A stretch of 63,065 nucleotides of DNA, the filler included, from Basidiobolus ranarum (lineage: Eukaryota), in assembly GCA_040143965.1 (NCBI GenBank). It is 41 parts of 41 records of this genome, joined end to end, with 100 filler letters (N's around TTAATTAATTAA, not from the genome) between each part and the next. Parts side by side here need not be neighbours in the genome. Positions count along the whole stretch, not along the records: positions 1 to 1,446 come from JASJQH010012038.1; positions 1,547 to 2,992 come from JASJQH010012039.1; positions 3,093 to 4,538 come from JASJQH010012040.1; positions 4,639 to 6,084 come from JASJQH010012041.1; positions 6,185 to 7,629 come from JASJQH010012042.1; positions 7,730 to 9,174 come from JASJQH010012043.1; positions 9,275 to 10,719 come from JASJQH010012044.1; positions 10,820 to 12,264 come from JASJQH010012045.1; 33 more parts are not named here. One strand, written 5' to 3'. Made by a program: the position numbers and the translations under genes. How positions within the stretch are numbered: position 1 is the stretch's first letter; every line of letters begins with the position of its first letter. This document shows positions 1-12,364 of the stretch, in pieces. The notes under the pieces were generated by a model. That model saw nothing but the letters and a program-made list of their open reading frames with translations. It was not told the DNA's origin and ran no database searches.

Positions 1-175
1 ATGATAGCTCATTTTACTCCCACAGATGTTCTGATCACAACCCCAGTGTTAGTTTTCTGTATTTCCACCAAAAAGTATAAATGCGTTATTTCTGGACAGT
101 AAAAAATTATCTCACAAAGCTATTCACAACTCCACTTTTCTAAAGTTCCTCCAAACAGCCCATATTTTCCCAATA
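1..175 (+). mobile_element. 3' part of LTR family A (copia-type)
   Basis: Matches the 3' half of the near-complete copy at 37751-38129 (ttttactcccacagatgtt...ttcctccaaacagc...caata). Confidence 0.7.
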
Positions 176-464
176 TAGGCTATGCTAATCTCAACAATTA
201 ACAAGCCCCAGAAATGGGCCTATGCCTACACAGCTCAAGTATGTGAGCCCATTCTTGGTATTTTTTGATTCAATGATATCCTAATGAGTGATGTGACTTT
301 GTTTGCCCAAGCTATTTCTGGCTTTTAGAGTGGCTTGATACATGCACTATTGTTCTATTGTGTTGGATGTTCCTGATATATCTGCAGAAAAGGAAGTGTT
401 AATGTCTGAAAGGCAGTCAATGATACCAAATATGATGCCATCTAACCTTCAGTAACTGCTAATC

Positions 465-1200
465 CCCTGACAGAGATTCCAGAATTAATAGCAAAACAAA
501 ATCATCACAAATTTAATCTCTTTGTGTCATACTATCTAAATACCACCTTAGTATTATCAAGCCCAATTTGAATTTAATCAAATTTTTTTCTTTGAGAGTT
601 GATATTCTCATATGTTGCAAAACAGTAGCTTGTCATTGGCCACAACAATGGACAACTCAGAATCAAGCAATATTCAAATATTTACTCAAGTTTAGCTCAT
701 TTATTACTTGGTACTAGAAGTTCTTGTTTTAAAGTCTCTAGTTCCTTTCCTATATTCTGCTGAGTGCTGTAATAAAGTGCATCATAACCCAAGTTTAGTC
801 CATATCCAACACAGCTTTGCTTCAGATGCTCCTTCAAACACCACCAGTGCTATAATGCTGTAATGCTAATAATCTTTCAGTTTTCTGCTGGGTACCCTGC
901 AACATGGTGCCACTTTCCATCAAGCCCTTTGCAGATATCTGCATGGGGAGCTTCTGAAGTAATATCAAATTGAATATCATTTTTGAGAAGCAACTTTAAA
1001 AAGTAATATTATTCCCTTTATACATCCTTCTATTTTGCTATTACTCACTTTGATTGAAGATGTTTCAGTGGTTTTTTGTTTGCTTTTATGCTTACTGCAA
1101 GCATCACATTGTGAAAAGCCCCAGTTAAGTTTGGAGAGCTTTGAATCCTAGATTCTTGTGTTTTAAACCATTGAGATGTCTCAAGATCTGACAAGTTATC
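465..1200 (-). mobile_element. Divergent CACTA/CMC family B: left end plus relic of the accessory ORF C-terminus
   Basis: CCCTGACAGAGATT at 465 resembles the family A left TIR (CCCTAACAGAAATT). Minus strand ~995-720 translates to NDIQFDITSEAPHADICKGLDGKWHHVAGYPAEN*...HWWCLKEHLKQSCVGYGLNLGY, homologous to ORF 34755..35231. Confidence 0.75.
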
Positions 1201-1446
1201 TTTGGAGTTTGTGGTAGCAAGACTAATGGATCAGCACCTCAAAAGTAAGAATTTGGAAAAAGAATCTGAGGGAGTGGCTCTTTTTGGAGATGGAAAATGT
1301 AGCTTTGGCTAGTACAAAGGTTACAAAAGAAGGAAACCAGGTTCATGCTATGGTTGTAACAAGCCAGGACACCAGTTAAAAGATTGCAAATCAAGAAATT
1401 ACAACAAAAATGAGAAGTCCAAACAAGCAAATCATGTTTCAACCAA

Positions 1447-1546
1447 NNNNNNNNNNNNNNNNNNNNNNNNNNNNNNNNNNNNNNNNNNNNTTAATTAATT
1501 AANNNNNNNNNNNNNNNNNNNNNNNNNNNNNNNNNNNNNNNNNNNN
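1447..1546. other. Artificial contig spacer (44 N + TTAATTAATTAA + 44 N); first of 40 such spacers
   Basis: The same 100-bp block recurs about every 1540 bp; TTAATTAATTAA gives stops in all six frames; contig lengths fall monotonically from 1446 to 1435 bp. Confidence 0.98.
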
Positions 1547-2992
1547 TAGGGCTCAGATACAGCTGGAATTTCTTTAGACACTTTTTAATAGTGCTGATTG
1601 TGTTTTCTGGATCAAGAACTGTGATTTAGGTTGAAAAATTTGCTTTTTCATCAAAAATCACATCTCTGCACTGGATTAACTTCTGTTTCTTGGTATCGAG
1701 CAGTCTGTAGGCCTTGGATCCATCACAGTAACCAAGAAATATGCATTTTCTGCTTTTGGGTTCCAATTTAGAGCATTTTTGAGCTGGAATTAGGCAGTAT
1801 GCAGTGCAACCAAAGATCCTGAGATAATCTACACTTGGTTTTGATCCATATAGGGCTTCAAATAGAGTAGAATTTTATAGCAATCTTGTTGGGCATCTGT
1901 TTTTAATGTCTACTACAGGGGAGACAGATTCAGCTCATTATTGGTAATCTAACTTTTGATCACGTAACATGGATCTTGCCATCACCATTAAGGTCCTATT
2001 ACCATGTTCTGTAACTGCATTTTGCTGTGGAGTATTAGGTACAGTGGTTTGTTGCTTAATTCATGTTTAGAGCAAAAACTAGCAAAGTCTTTAGAGCAGT
2101 ATTCTCAACCTTTATCCCCACTGCATACCCTTATTCTTTCTGCTGATTCTTTCTCCACCATTGCTTTGTAGTGCTTGAACATAGCCAAGGCTTCAGATTA
2201 AGATTTGAGAAAGAATACCCTAGTATATCATGTTTTGTCATCAACTAACGTCATAGAGTACCTTTTCCCCTCTAGTGAGACATTTTTCATGGGCCCACAT
2301 AGGTCAGAATGAATCACGTTGAAATTTTGAGTGGTTTGAACACTCTAGAGCTTGAAAATGGCTGTCTGTGATGTTTTCCATTTATGCAACCTTCACACAG
2401 ATCTAGTTTAGTGATATTTCCAATTTTCAAGTATGAATCAAGCTGATTTCTGATCTTTTCAGGTCACTTTTGTTCCCAGTGTGGCCAAATCTTTTATGCC
2501 ATGATTGCCAACTTATTTCATCAGTTTTGGCCGCATTTACATGCTCAGAATGCAATTTGCTGACTTTTAGCTTGTATAAGTTTTGAGAATTGATCCCAGT
2601 AGCTAATTTGGTATTATTCTGATATGTGTTAGTACATCCAGCCTTAGTGAAGATGAAATTTAGTCCTTGAGTTCTTGCTTGGCTTACAGAGAATATATTT
2701 GTGGCCATAATTGGCACATAGAGTACTTTGTCTGATTTTGCAGAAGGTGTACCTAAATTTTGGTCTAACTTGAGTACAACTGTACCCTTAGCAACTGCAT
2801 CTAGTGCATTGTCATCACCCAAGTAGACTTTCCTAGTTTGGATTAGTTTTAAGCTGGAAAACCAATCATTCCTGTTTGATATATTTTGGGAAGCTCCTGA
2901 ATCAATATACCATGTTTCTGAGTCTTCTTTAGTGGTTACTGATCAAGCAGACACACATAGATGATCTCTATCAGGGCTTACTTGATTTGCTT
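1547..2992 (-). mobile_element. Degenerate Ty1/copia pol (protease, GAG-pre-integrase, integrase core)
   Basis: WYIDSGAS protease motif, WHKRFGH motif (ORF 2427..2822), IHSDLCGP and TPQQNAV integrase motifs; stops and frameshifts. Confidence 0.9.
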
Positions 2993-3092
2993 NNNNNNNN
3001 NNNNNNNNNNNNNNNNNNNNNNNNNNNNNNNNNNNNTTAATTAATTAANNNNNNNNNNNNNNNNNNNNNNNNNNNNNNNNNNNNNNNNNNNN

Positions 3093-3646
3093 CTTTCCAT
3101 ACTATACAGTTGACTCTTTAGGCTTTGGTATGTACGACTACACACTAATGCTATGAATACTCTTACTAGATAGAATCCTTAAAAGTACCAGGCCTCAATA
3201 TTGAAGACAGGAGATCTACAACATGGTACTCATTTCTTTGCTGTAATGGAGCTATTTCTTGGAATTCAAAGAAACAACATACCATAGCACTTGCAACAAC
3301 AGAAGCAGAATACATGGCTGCCTGCAAAGCAACAAAAGAAGCAATCCGGCTAAGAAAACTCTTAATAGATTTAGGTTATTCTCAAAATTCACTAATTACA
3401 ATATTTCAAATAATCCAAGTTGTATGAAATTGGCTAAAAATCCCTCATTCAATGATAGAAGCAAACATATAGATGTTACGCATCACTTCATTAGAGAGAC
3501 TAGAAAGTAGGTTTATTGACTTGACTTATTGTTTTACTGAAAACATGATTACTGATATATGAACTAAACCATTAGCTAGACAGAAATTTGAGAAATATAG
3601 ACCTTTCTTAGAATTTATTTTATATGACTATTTAGTTGAGGGAGAG
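3093..3646 (+). mobile_element. Ty1/copia RNase H relic and polypurine tract
   Basis: TTEAEYMAA and NPSFNDRSKHIDV motifs; GAGGGAGAG directly precedes the LTR. Confidence 0.9.
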
Positions 3647-3993
3647 TGTTGAAATTAGCTTTTCCTCAACATCTATGTTGTTGTACAGAGCTTAGTACTT
3701 AGTTATCATATATCTCACTAAAATATTATCTATTGTTTGCAATCCGAATTTACCTTGAATATTTTACCAACTTGGAATTGCTACAATATATAGATTTTTC
3801 AAACTTGTGCTATAAGCCCCAGACTTGGCCCACATATTCCTGGGACCTTCCCTAACACATTCTACATACTGGTTTGCTCACATCTTGACAAAACTATGAA
3901 TGTCAACTTTCTACTCAATAAATAACAAAGTTAAAGCCACCATTATCTCTAATTCTCCTAACAACCTTTAACAGGCTGCCAAATACTTTAGCA
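3647..3993 (+). mobile_element. 3' LTR, family B (~346 bp)
   Basis: TGTTGAAATTAG...TACTTTAGCA; homologous to 7730-8045, 13695-13808, 39058-39403 and 61182-61527. Confidence 0.88.
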
Positions 3994-4420
3994 GATATTA
4001 TATTCTGGGCAATATCTGGAACATGTAGTACATCCTTAAGAGTATACACTTTCTCTTCAGAAGCATCAGTTACACTAACTTTAATTGTTCTCATTCCAAT
4101 GGCATCCAATGTATAGTTCCCTCCCATGAAAATCTTTCTCATTGCCATTTCTTCATAATCAGCAAACCAATGATTTTCATTTGTGAAATGTTGGGAGGCT
4201 CCAGAATCAATATACCTTGGCTGAGAATCCTTGTTGGTAGTCATAGATAGTACAGATATGAACAAGCAATCTTCTGTTGTAATCACATCTCCAGATTCAG
4301 TAAGTTTTCTCCTTTTGCAATTCTATTAATGCAATCTTTGTTTATATGGCCAGTTCTTTGACAGTAATCAAAGAATTTGTTACTTTTGTTCTTAAAGTGC
4401 TTTTGACCTTCTCTGTTATA
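3994..4420 (-). mobile_element. Copia gag zinc knuckle/protease relic, interrupted by an oppositely oriented copia
   Basis: ORF 3915..4286 contains YIDSGASQHFT and LKDVLHVPDIA; homologous to 12365-13167. Confidence 0.88.
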
Positions 4421-4759
4421 TCTTATTACACAAACTCCTGAATATCTCAAACAAATGATTTACTCTTCTACTATATAAGACACCATATACTCTAAAGATT
4501 AAAGTGACTAAAACACACTATCATAAGTTGCATCTAATNNNNNNNNNNNNNNNNNNNNNNNNNNNNNNNNNNNNNNNNNNNNTTAATTAATTAANNNNNN
4601 NNNNNNNNNNNNNNNNNNNNNNNNNNNNNNNNNNNNNNCTAAAATTTATGTGGCACAATTTGGCACTATCCATCACCCTCTAGCATGATCAATTTCAATC
4701 ACATATACTTTAATATATTGATCCTAGGTCTGATAGGTCCAGGCACAATGGAACAAGTC

Positions 4760-5669
4760 CAATGGGTTAAGGAGACTCCTGATGATACTAACCTTCCAAC
4801 AAAGGGCTCTGTTTAATGTGCTCATGGGTTTTCACATTGTTCAAGCACATTGACATCAACAAAGCCCAATCCATGGACACAGAGTGAGTACCTCTATTAT
4901 TGGGACTAATTTATTTGTGTAATAATCTGATGGTGTTTCTAGGTAAGCGGCAAGACAGACTTCTTGGTGATATAGATAAAGATACACAGTATTATTGTTT
5001 TAGCCATGGGATAATCTATGCAAGCAATGACACATCTACTTGTACCAGGACATTTATTGACTGCAAGTTAGGGATGTATTGGCTGAATTCTTCATGGAAT
5101 GGTATACATTGGCTGAATTCGATATGGAACTTTGCAAAAATTCAAGAGCTTATTCTCATTGTGACTGGTAACAAGAGTCAGCTATTTGGCAAGTGTGAGT
5201 GCTATTCAAAATTTCAGATGTTTAGCAATTTTTCCACCATTAACTAGCTGGTAAATCAAATTGATGTTATTGAGTTATGTCTGATGAGTCAAGTATGTTC
5301 TTCTATAGGGACAAAAAACAACAACATTCCTGTATCTTTTGATTCTCATCATGGCTGGAATACAATGCTTAAAATATCTAAATAAAGGCATGCATATTAA
5401 TTCAATATCCTACAGCAGTAAACCCAGTAATTTGCCATTTGAAAATGGTATTTTGCAAAGATTGTTGGAAATTAATGAAGCATGCCAAATGTGAGGATCA
5501 GTGTTTTAACATATATGAATACCATCATAATTCCATCAAGAAACCACCATCACGCCATCAAAATCCCCGGCAAAATGCAAGCTACCAATATTGTGATTGT
5601 TCTCTGACAGTTTTGCAATATAGAAGGGTGGATTTAATCCAGATCAAATTGATTTTATTTTTGTTAGGG
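4760..5669 (+). mobile_element. CACTA family A: transposase 3' region and right end
   Basis: Homologous to 43192-44121; ends TTTTATTTTTGTTAGGG at 5669. Confidence 0.85.
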
Positions 5670-6084
5670 TAAGTTCTTCCCAGATATCTGCATTGTCAGT
5701 ACCAGCCAGAATGCCAGGTGGAATGATCTTCTTCTGAATCCACTTTGTGCATGCTTGCACTGCGTATTTCTCTTGGCACTTTTGAAAATACTCCTCAGGC
5801 ACTTTGACAATTATTTAAATGTACTTGTAGTGTCACACTACTCAGGGTGCTTTGCAGTGTTTATGTGGCATTTTGCTTGCCTTTAAGTTTGGGGCTAATT
5901 TTAACACTTTGAAAAGTCCCAGTTGCAGTAGGAAAGCTGAAAGTTTTATTTGCTGGTGTTTTGGCTTGTTGGGAGGTGCCAGGTGATGGATTAGCAACTG
6001 AATTTAGCACTCTTGCAACCAATGTGCCCAGTTACATGATTAAAATCAGTCTCTTTACAAGTATATCAGCTGGTATGTTTGATG
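5670..6084 (-). mobile_element. CACTA family A accessory ORF fragment
   Basis: Homologous to 34890-35310. Confidence 0.8.
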
Positions 6085-6184
6085 NNNNNNNNNNNNNNNN
6101 NNNNNNNNNNNNNNNNNNNNNNNNNNNNTTAATTAATTAANNNNNNNNNNNNNNNNNNNNNNNNNNNNNNNNNNNNNNNNNNNN

Positions 6185-6904
6185 GTAAGCATGTTCCTGA
6201 TCTACCTGCACCTAGTATGGCCAGGTTCTTATAAATGCTTTTGCTTTCAGCCATAAGTTGCTTTTCTATTGGTAATGGTCGAGTCTTCTCACCATTACTG
6301 TGAACAAGAATATCATCGAATCTACCAATATACATCCACTTCCCAGATCCAACTGGAGTCTCAGCGAAAAGATCCCCGGTGTGAAACGCGTTCGTTTCCG
6401 GGTTGATGGGTACATCGTAGGCAAGTGCTGGTTGGGAGACAAGTTCGGAATATAGGAAGATAAATCGGACTCTGGTTCTACGATATTGAATATCTGAATA
6501 TGAGGCAACGCTTGCTGTATGGCTTTAGCAGTCTCAATCAATAGAGGATGCACGACTAAGACACTAGCTTCTCCCTCTTCCAAAAGGTGGGTCATTCCAT
6601 CAGAGGAGTTTTTCAAACTTAAGAATAGGGGGATAGCCCGGGTTGTTATCAAAGTATATAACAGCGTACAGTATTCAACACAATTGAGTGAAAGAACTCC
6701 TACCACAGTTTTTTCTTTGATTGGAATTCCATTTTTAGGCCACAAATAGTAACTGTTGTAGATTGTTGAATCGCGGTATTGTTTATATGTGATCTTCTGC
6801 TCATGTCCTTGTGTATCGGTGTAAACGAGCGCCGTTTTGGTAGGGGTATGCTTAGCATGAAAATCCAGAAAAGTATTCAAATTAGTCGGTTGGATACTAG
6901 GCAT
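6185..6904 (-). pseudogene. NRPS-like (A-T-R, carboxylic acid reductase type) adenylation domain with internal deletion and frameshift
   Basis: N-terminal A-domain sequence (TALVY..ITYKQY, RAIPLFLSLKNS) runs, in another frame, straight into late motifs FHTGDLF (A7) and GRFDDILVHSNGEKTRPLPIE (A8); A3-A6 are absent. Confidence 0.75.
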
Positions 6905-7069
6905 TATTTGTCAAGCTAACACTCTCCAAAAAGGAATGCATCTGATATTTATATACTTTTATCTCCTCTCTGGGTTTACAATAATTAATACTGAAATTCA
7001 TTTATTTTCCTAAGAAAACGAAGTGCTACGAAGTAGGAAACCAGAAAATGCACATAGACGTCAGCAGAT

Positions 7070-7629
7070 CTAATTCCGAATTGTCAGAAGATCTGAATCC
7101 TTCAGGAATCCAACATGCTTCCAATATGTAATATAACGGGAAATGATTGACTCATCAATGATTGGGCATTCTTTAGACAGAGTAGGGGACCTTTCACAAG
7201 TTATCTTTGTGTCTAACCTGATCTCCATTGAATTCGAGGGTGAATTCGCCACCTTCTCCAAATATGGCAGTAACATATAGATTGGATCTTCACCTCGAAG
7301 CTCATCATTAGTTTCCCCAAGATGTTGGAGGTTCGTCCACCATTCTTGCAATGGTATCATTTTGATGGCACGCCCAGTATTGTGAGTGACATACTTCATC
7401 AACTCAGTCCATGGCTCTGCTGGATGCGGATTTACTTGATGATAAACATGGATTCCCTCTTGCTGATCCTTTGGATATGTGATCAGTTCAACTAAACTTC
7501 TAGCCCCAACGTTCACCGGAATCCAGTCAGTCGGCATAGTTACAATCGGTGAAAGTCCCGTATTAATGGCATTACGGATGAGGATAGGAAACTGCTCACG
7601 GGTGTTCCGGGCACCAGTCTCACTATGAC
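7070..7629 (-). CDS. C-terminal thioester-reductase (NAD_binding_4-like) domain of an NRPS-like enzyme, 5' truncated by contig end
   Basis: Open frame SETGARNTREQFP...TDWIPVNVGA...VYHQVNPHP..W...YITYWKHVGFL, typical of the end of fungal A-T-R enzymes; normal CpG content. Confidence 0.8.
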
Positions 7630-7729
7630 NNNNNNNNNNNNNNNNNNNNNNNNNNNNNNNNNNNNNNNNNNNNTTAATTAATTAANNNNNNNNNNNNNNN
7701 NNNNNNNNNNNNNNNNNNNNNNNNNNNNN

Positions 7730-8045
7730 AGTCATATATAGCTTAGTACTTAGTTATCTTATAATTCACTAAGATATTATCAATTATTCTCAATCGGAAT
7801 TTACTTAGAATATTTTTACCAACTTAGAAGTTCTCAGATATATAGATTTTTCAAACTTGTGCTAGAAGCCCCAAACTTTGCACACATGTTCCTGGGACCT
7901 TCCTTAACATATTCTACATGTTAGTTTGTTTACATCTTGACAAAACTATAAATGTCAACTTTCTACTCAATAAATCAATAAGTGAAAACCACCAATTCCT
8001 CTAATTCTCCAAACCACTTCCAACAGGCTCCCAAATACTTTAACA
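7730..8045 (+). mobile_element. LTR family B, 5' truncated
   Basis: Highly similar to the corresponding part of 39058-39403. Confidence 0.85.
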
Positions 8046-9013
8046 AGCACTACCTGCTCAAGCAAAGAGTGCTTGAAAGAATTGCAAAAGAAGGAAAATG
8101 AACTAAATCTGCAAATGGTTTACAATAAATACTCATTTGTTCATGTCTGCTCTGTCTGTGACAATCAACAAGTATGCTCACATGTGATATATTGATTCTG
8201 GAGCTTTCCAATATTTTACAAATGAGAACTATAGGTATGAAAATTGTGAAGAAATCCCTATCAGAAAGTTTTTTATGGGAGATAACCATACATGGATGCC
8301 ATAGGAGTGGGAACAATTTAAGTCAATTTAACTGGTGCTTCTGAAGAGAAAGTTCATACTCTTAAGGATGTAATTAGTAGGTATGAGCTTAAAACACACT
8401 TATTCTGGATCAAACTTTGATCTGATAGAATATGCCTATAATAATAGAGGAAGATATAGTGAAGGCAGGAGACCTACAACAAGATATATGTTTCTAAACC
8501 ATGATGGAGCCATTTCTTGGAACATAAAGAAACAAGCTACCATAGTACTCTCAACAACAGAAGCAGAATACATGGCTGCTTGTGAAGTAACAAAGAAGCA
8601 ATCTTGTTAAGAAAGCTCTTAACAGATTTGGACCATTCTTAAAATTCCCTAACAGCTATATTTCAAGATAATGAAAAAAGGTGCAACTTAGCTAGAAGTC
8701 CCATGTTTCATATTAGAAGCAAACTTGTAACATTAGACATCATTATATTGATAGCAACCATAATGTTGGCTAGGCAGAAGTTTGAGAAAGTTACACTATC
8801 CTTAGGATTAGTTTATGTGCATATTTAGTTGAAGGAGAAAATGAAGATTAGCATTGCCAAACACCTATATAGTTATATATAGCTATACTGATTTGTTTAC
8901 ATCATGATCAAATCATAACCATCCACTCTCTAAGCCATAAATGACTAAGAGAAAGTCACTAATGTCTCTGTTTCTCCAAGCCATTTCCAACAGGCACTCA
9001 AAATACTTTAACA
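8046..9013 (+). mobile_element. Internally deleted copia (gag knuckle/protease joined to RNase H) with short LTR relic
   Basis: YIDSGA near 8190; ORF 8383..8610 has ISWNIKKQATIVLSTTEAEYMAACE; AGTTGAAGGAG tract then an LTR-like segment ending tactttaaca. Confidence 0.75.
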
Positions 9014-9274
9014 TGACATACAACTGGCCTCTTTCATATTTTACCATGCAACTTGGTAGAGGTTACGGCAAAGGTTGCGTAAGTTACCGTTATCAATGAG
9101 GGCCCGATTCCAGTCAATCAACCTACTTCTAATAAGAGTGTCATACTGTGGCAACAAATCGACAAATAAATAATNNNNNNNNNNNNNNNNNNNNNNNNNN
9201 NNNNNNNNNNNNNNNNNNTTAATTAATTAANNNNNNNNNNNNNNNNNNNNNNNNNNNNNNNNNNNNNNNNNNNN

Positions 9275-10500
9275 AGTGGCAAATTGTGAGGGTTGTATAT
9301 ATGGAAAACAGGCCAGGCTACCATTCAAGAGATCTAGTTTAATTCAATCTGTGAAAAAAATTGGATCTAATTGGTTCAGATTTGTGTGGACCTACACAAG
9401 ATTTATCCTGAGGTGGAAAAAGATATTTAATAGCATATATTGAAGATTATACAAGATACACTTGGGTCTACTTTATGAAAAGAAGAGAAGAAGCTCTCTC
9501 TATCTTTGGCAATTTTAAAACATGTGTGGAGACTGAAACTGCAACTAAAATCAAGAAAAAATCAAGAAAATATATACCAATAATGGTGGAGAATTTACTT
9601 CAACAATATTTAAGCTCATTTGCAAAGTTCATGGGATTAAACAAGAAACTGCAGCCTCCTATTCACCTCAACAAAATGTAGTTGCTGAAAGAGCTAACTG
9701 GACTATAATAGAAATGGCAAGATCTATGATAAATGCACAAAATTTCTCTCATAACTTTTGGGCAGAATCTGTTGCTACAGCTTTACATCTGAGGAATAGA
9801 AGTTTTACTAGAAGTCTGTCTAACTCTACACCATATCAAGCCTGGTTTGGAGCTAAACCTGCTGTAAATCATTTGAGAATCTTTGGATGCATTGCTTATG
9901 TCAAAATTATGACCAAAAATTGGTCTAAACTTGCACCCAAAAGCAAAAAATGCATATTTCTGGGTTGTTGTACACAAACTAAGGCCTACAAACTCAATGA
10001 TACCAAAATATCAAAGTTAATCAAGTCCAGGGATATTTTGCTTAATGAAAATGAAATATTTTCACCTAAAATGACCTCAGATGAGGACAAAAATCAAATT
10101 TCTCCTGATCCAATCATTGAAGTTGATCCCAAACAAAAAAATTGCATTCCTGTGGACTCTTCAACCAAAAATATGCCTACTAAAGTTCCCAATACAATGC
10201 CAGAAGCTGTGTAACCTTTATCCCAAACCAGGAGATCAAATTGGATCAGAAAGAGCCTTGATTGCTATATCAATGAGTCCCAAATTGGACCTATGCCAGC
10301 ACAACTCAAATACATGAGCCTCAGACTGTAAAAGAGGCCTTCAATGGCCCTCACACAAAATTTTGGAGATCTGCAACGGCTGATGAGTACCAGGCTTTGA
10401 TTGATAATCAAATTTAGACTTCAACCAACTAACCTGATGATAGAATATTGATTGGCAGCCAATGGGTATTTAAAGTTAAGCACAAGCCTATCCAGAAAAA
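9275..10500 (+). mobile_element. Degenerate copia integrase to start of RT
   Basis: ORF 9714..10214: MARSMI..FWAESVATALHLRNR..HLRIFGCIAY..KCIFLG; WVFKVK near 10465. Confidence 0.92.
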
Positions 10501-10545
10501 CCTGGCCCTATGATGTCTAGAAGCCATCACTAAAGAAGGAGATAC

Positions 10546-10719
10546 TGTCATGATCCTGATCTTGGCATACTGATCCACTACGAATAGAACTCCTCTATTA
10601 TTAGATTATGACACCATATCTGCTGTGCCATCTCTTCATGGCAATCTTGTGTTAGTTTGTCCAGATTACTTTATATGGAAGTCATGTTCTCTGGAACATT
10701 CGAAGCAAATCAGCATGTA
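10546..10719 (+). mobile_element. 5' part of a TGTCA-starting LTR (probably gypsy), preceded by a polypurine tract
   Basis: AAAGAAGGAGA-TAC-TGTCATGATCC; same sequence at ~15180-15240 and, inverted, at 57025-57157. Confidence 0.65.
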
Positions 10720-10819
10720 NNNNNNNNNNNNNNNNNNNNNNNNNNNNNNNNNNNNNNNNNNNNTTAATTAATTAANNNNNNNNNNNNNNNNNNNNNNNNN
10801 NNNNNNNNNNNNNNNNNNN

Positions 10820-11841
10820 GCCAAGTGTCAGTGCTACTCAAAATTTCATAAGGTGCACACGTTTTCCGCCATTAATTTTCAAGTAAAGTGTATTGATCTT
10901 GTTCAGTGATATTGGATCAGTAAACTAGGTGCATGTGTGGCAACTAGACACAACAAGATCCTTTACCTTTTGATTCTCATTAAGACTGGAATACAGAGCC
11001 TAAAATATCCCTAACAAAAATTTGAGGATTATTATTGAAGGAAAACCAACACAATTTTAATCCTTTGTTGATTAACCATTTACTTACTGTTATAAAATCA
11101 TAAAGTAATATTTGATTTTGATCAATTTTTTTGGTTTCAGGAGTGAAATTTCAAGATCTTGCAAAATAGTTGCACATGATTGGCTACTATCTAAAGAGCT
11201 ATGGATCAACACATGTGGAAAAATCATAACTCAAATATTAAACATTTACCCCTTGAATGCTAATTTGTCACCTTCAAAATACCTAGTTTCTTTGATATAT
11301 TCTCCTGAATATTTTTATAGTGTTATTCATAGCCAAGGTTTAGCTCATATCCAACACAGGTCTGTATTAATATCTACATCAAAGCCCACCATTGTATTAA
11401 CATTGTTGAATTAACATTCCTCCCACTATCTGCCAGATACCCTGCAATACTATGCCACTATGTATTAAGTTCATCCCAGTTATCAGAATGGTCAACACCA
11501 GACTGAGTATCAAGTTGAATATACTTCTTCTGATGCCACTTTCTGCATACTTGCACTGAGTTTTTCCCTTCATACTTTCAAAAAATACTCCTCAAGCACT
11601 TCCACTATTTTCATACATCCTTGTAGTATGACATTAATGAGGGTGCTCTGTGGTGTTTGTGTGGCTTTTTGCTTGCCTTGAAGTTTGGGGGTAACTTCAA
11701 CACTTTGAAAAGTACTAGTTGAGGTTGGAGAGCCATGAGTTTTATTAACAAGTGTTTTAGCTTGTTGACAGGTGCCAGGTGTTGGGTAAACTTCCAAATT
11801 TATCACTCTCCCAATTAGTGTTCCTGCTTGCATGGTGCAAT
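10820..11841. mobile_element. CACTA family A mosaic: transposase 3' piece, left TIR at 11009, accessory ORF 3' end
   Basis: CCCTAACAAAAATTTGAGG at 11009; ORF 11570..11869 homologous to 34755..35231. Confidence 0.85.
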
Positions 11842-12264
11842 TGTTGAAATTAGGTAAATAGCAACTCATTAGTTAGTAGTTAGTTTATTCATATTCTGAT
11901 TATTTAGCATTCAATTCTTTCATTGAAAAATGTATGTTTATTGCTCTAATTGATAGAAACATCAATAAAATCACTTTCACCAATTTTCCCTATTTTCTTA
12001 AAACTTCTCCAAATCACCTCAAATTTTGACCCATGCTTAACAGGCATGTTTGTTATCATCTAAGCATGTCTAATAGTCCTGTTTCATAGCAAACTATAAA
12101 TAGGACATATTCAATTCAATAAAACTTAAGTATATAATTCACAAATCCAAATCTTGTCCAAAACACTTCCAAATCCCCTAAATACCTTTATCAGGTTATG
12201 AGCCCCAAGCTAGCTATTAAAAGAATGTCTACCAGTACTATTACCAATGTTTTTACAATCACAG
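11842..12264 (+). mobile_element. Copia 5' LTR (family D, 11842-12193), PBS (12194-12206) and probable gag start (ATG 12225)
   Basis: TGTTGAAATTAGG...CCTTTATCA directly followed by GGTTATGAGCCCC; homologous LTRs at 29370-29720 and 54598-54947. Confidence 0.85.
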
Positions 12265-12364
12265 NNNNNNNNNNNNNNNNNNNNNNNNNNNNNNNNNNNN
12301 NNNNNNNNTTAATTAATTAANNNNNNNNNNNNNNNNNNNNNNNNNNNNNNNNNNNNNNNNNNNN

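Noticed and set aside
1491-1502. TTAATTAATTAA recurring at regular ~1.54-kb spacing, resembling an array
   Set aside because: Embedded in Ns; an assembly linker. ORFs ending in X..LIN are artefacts of it.
5664-5669. Frequent TTAGGG/CCCTAA suggesting telomeric or chromosome-breakage sites
   Set aside because: Always a single hexamer forming the tip of the CACTA TIR; never tandem.
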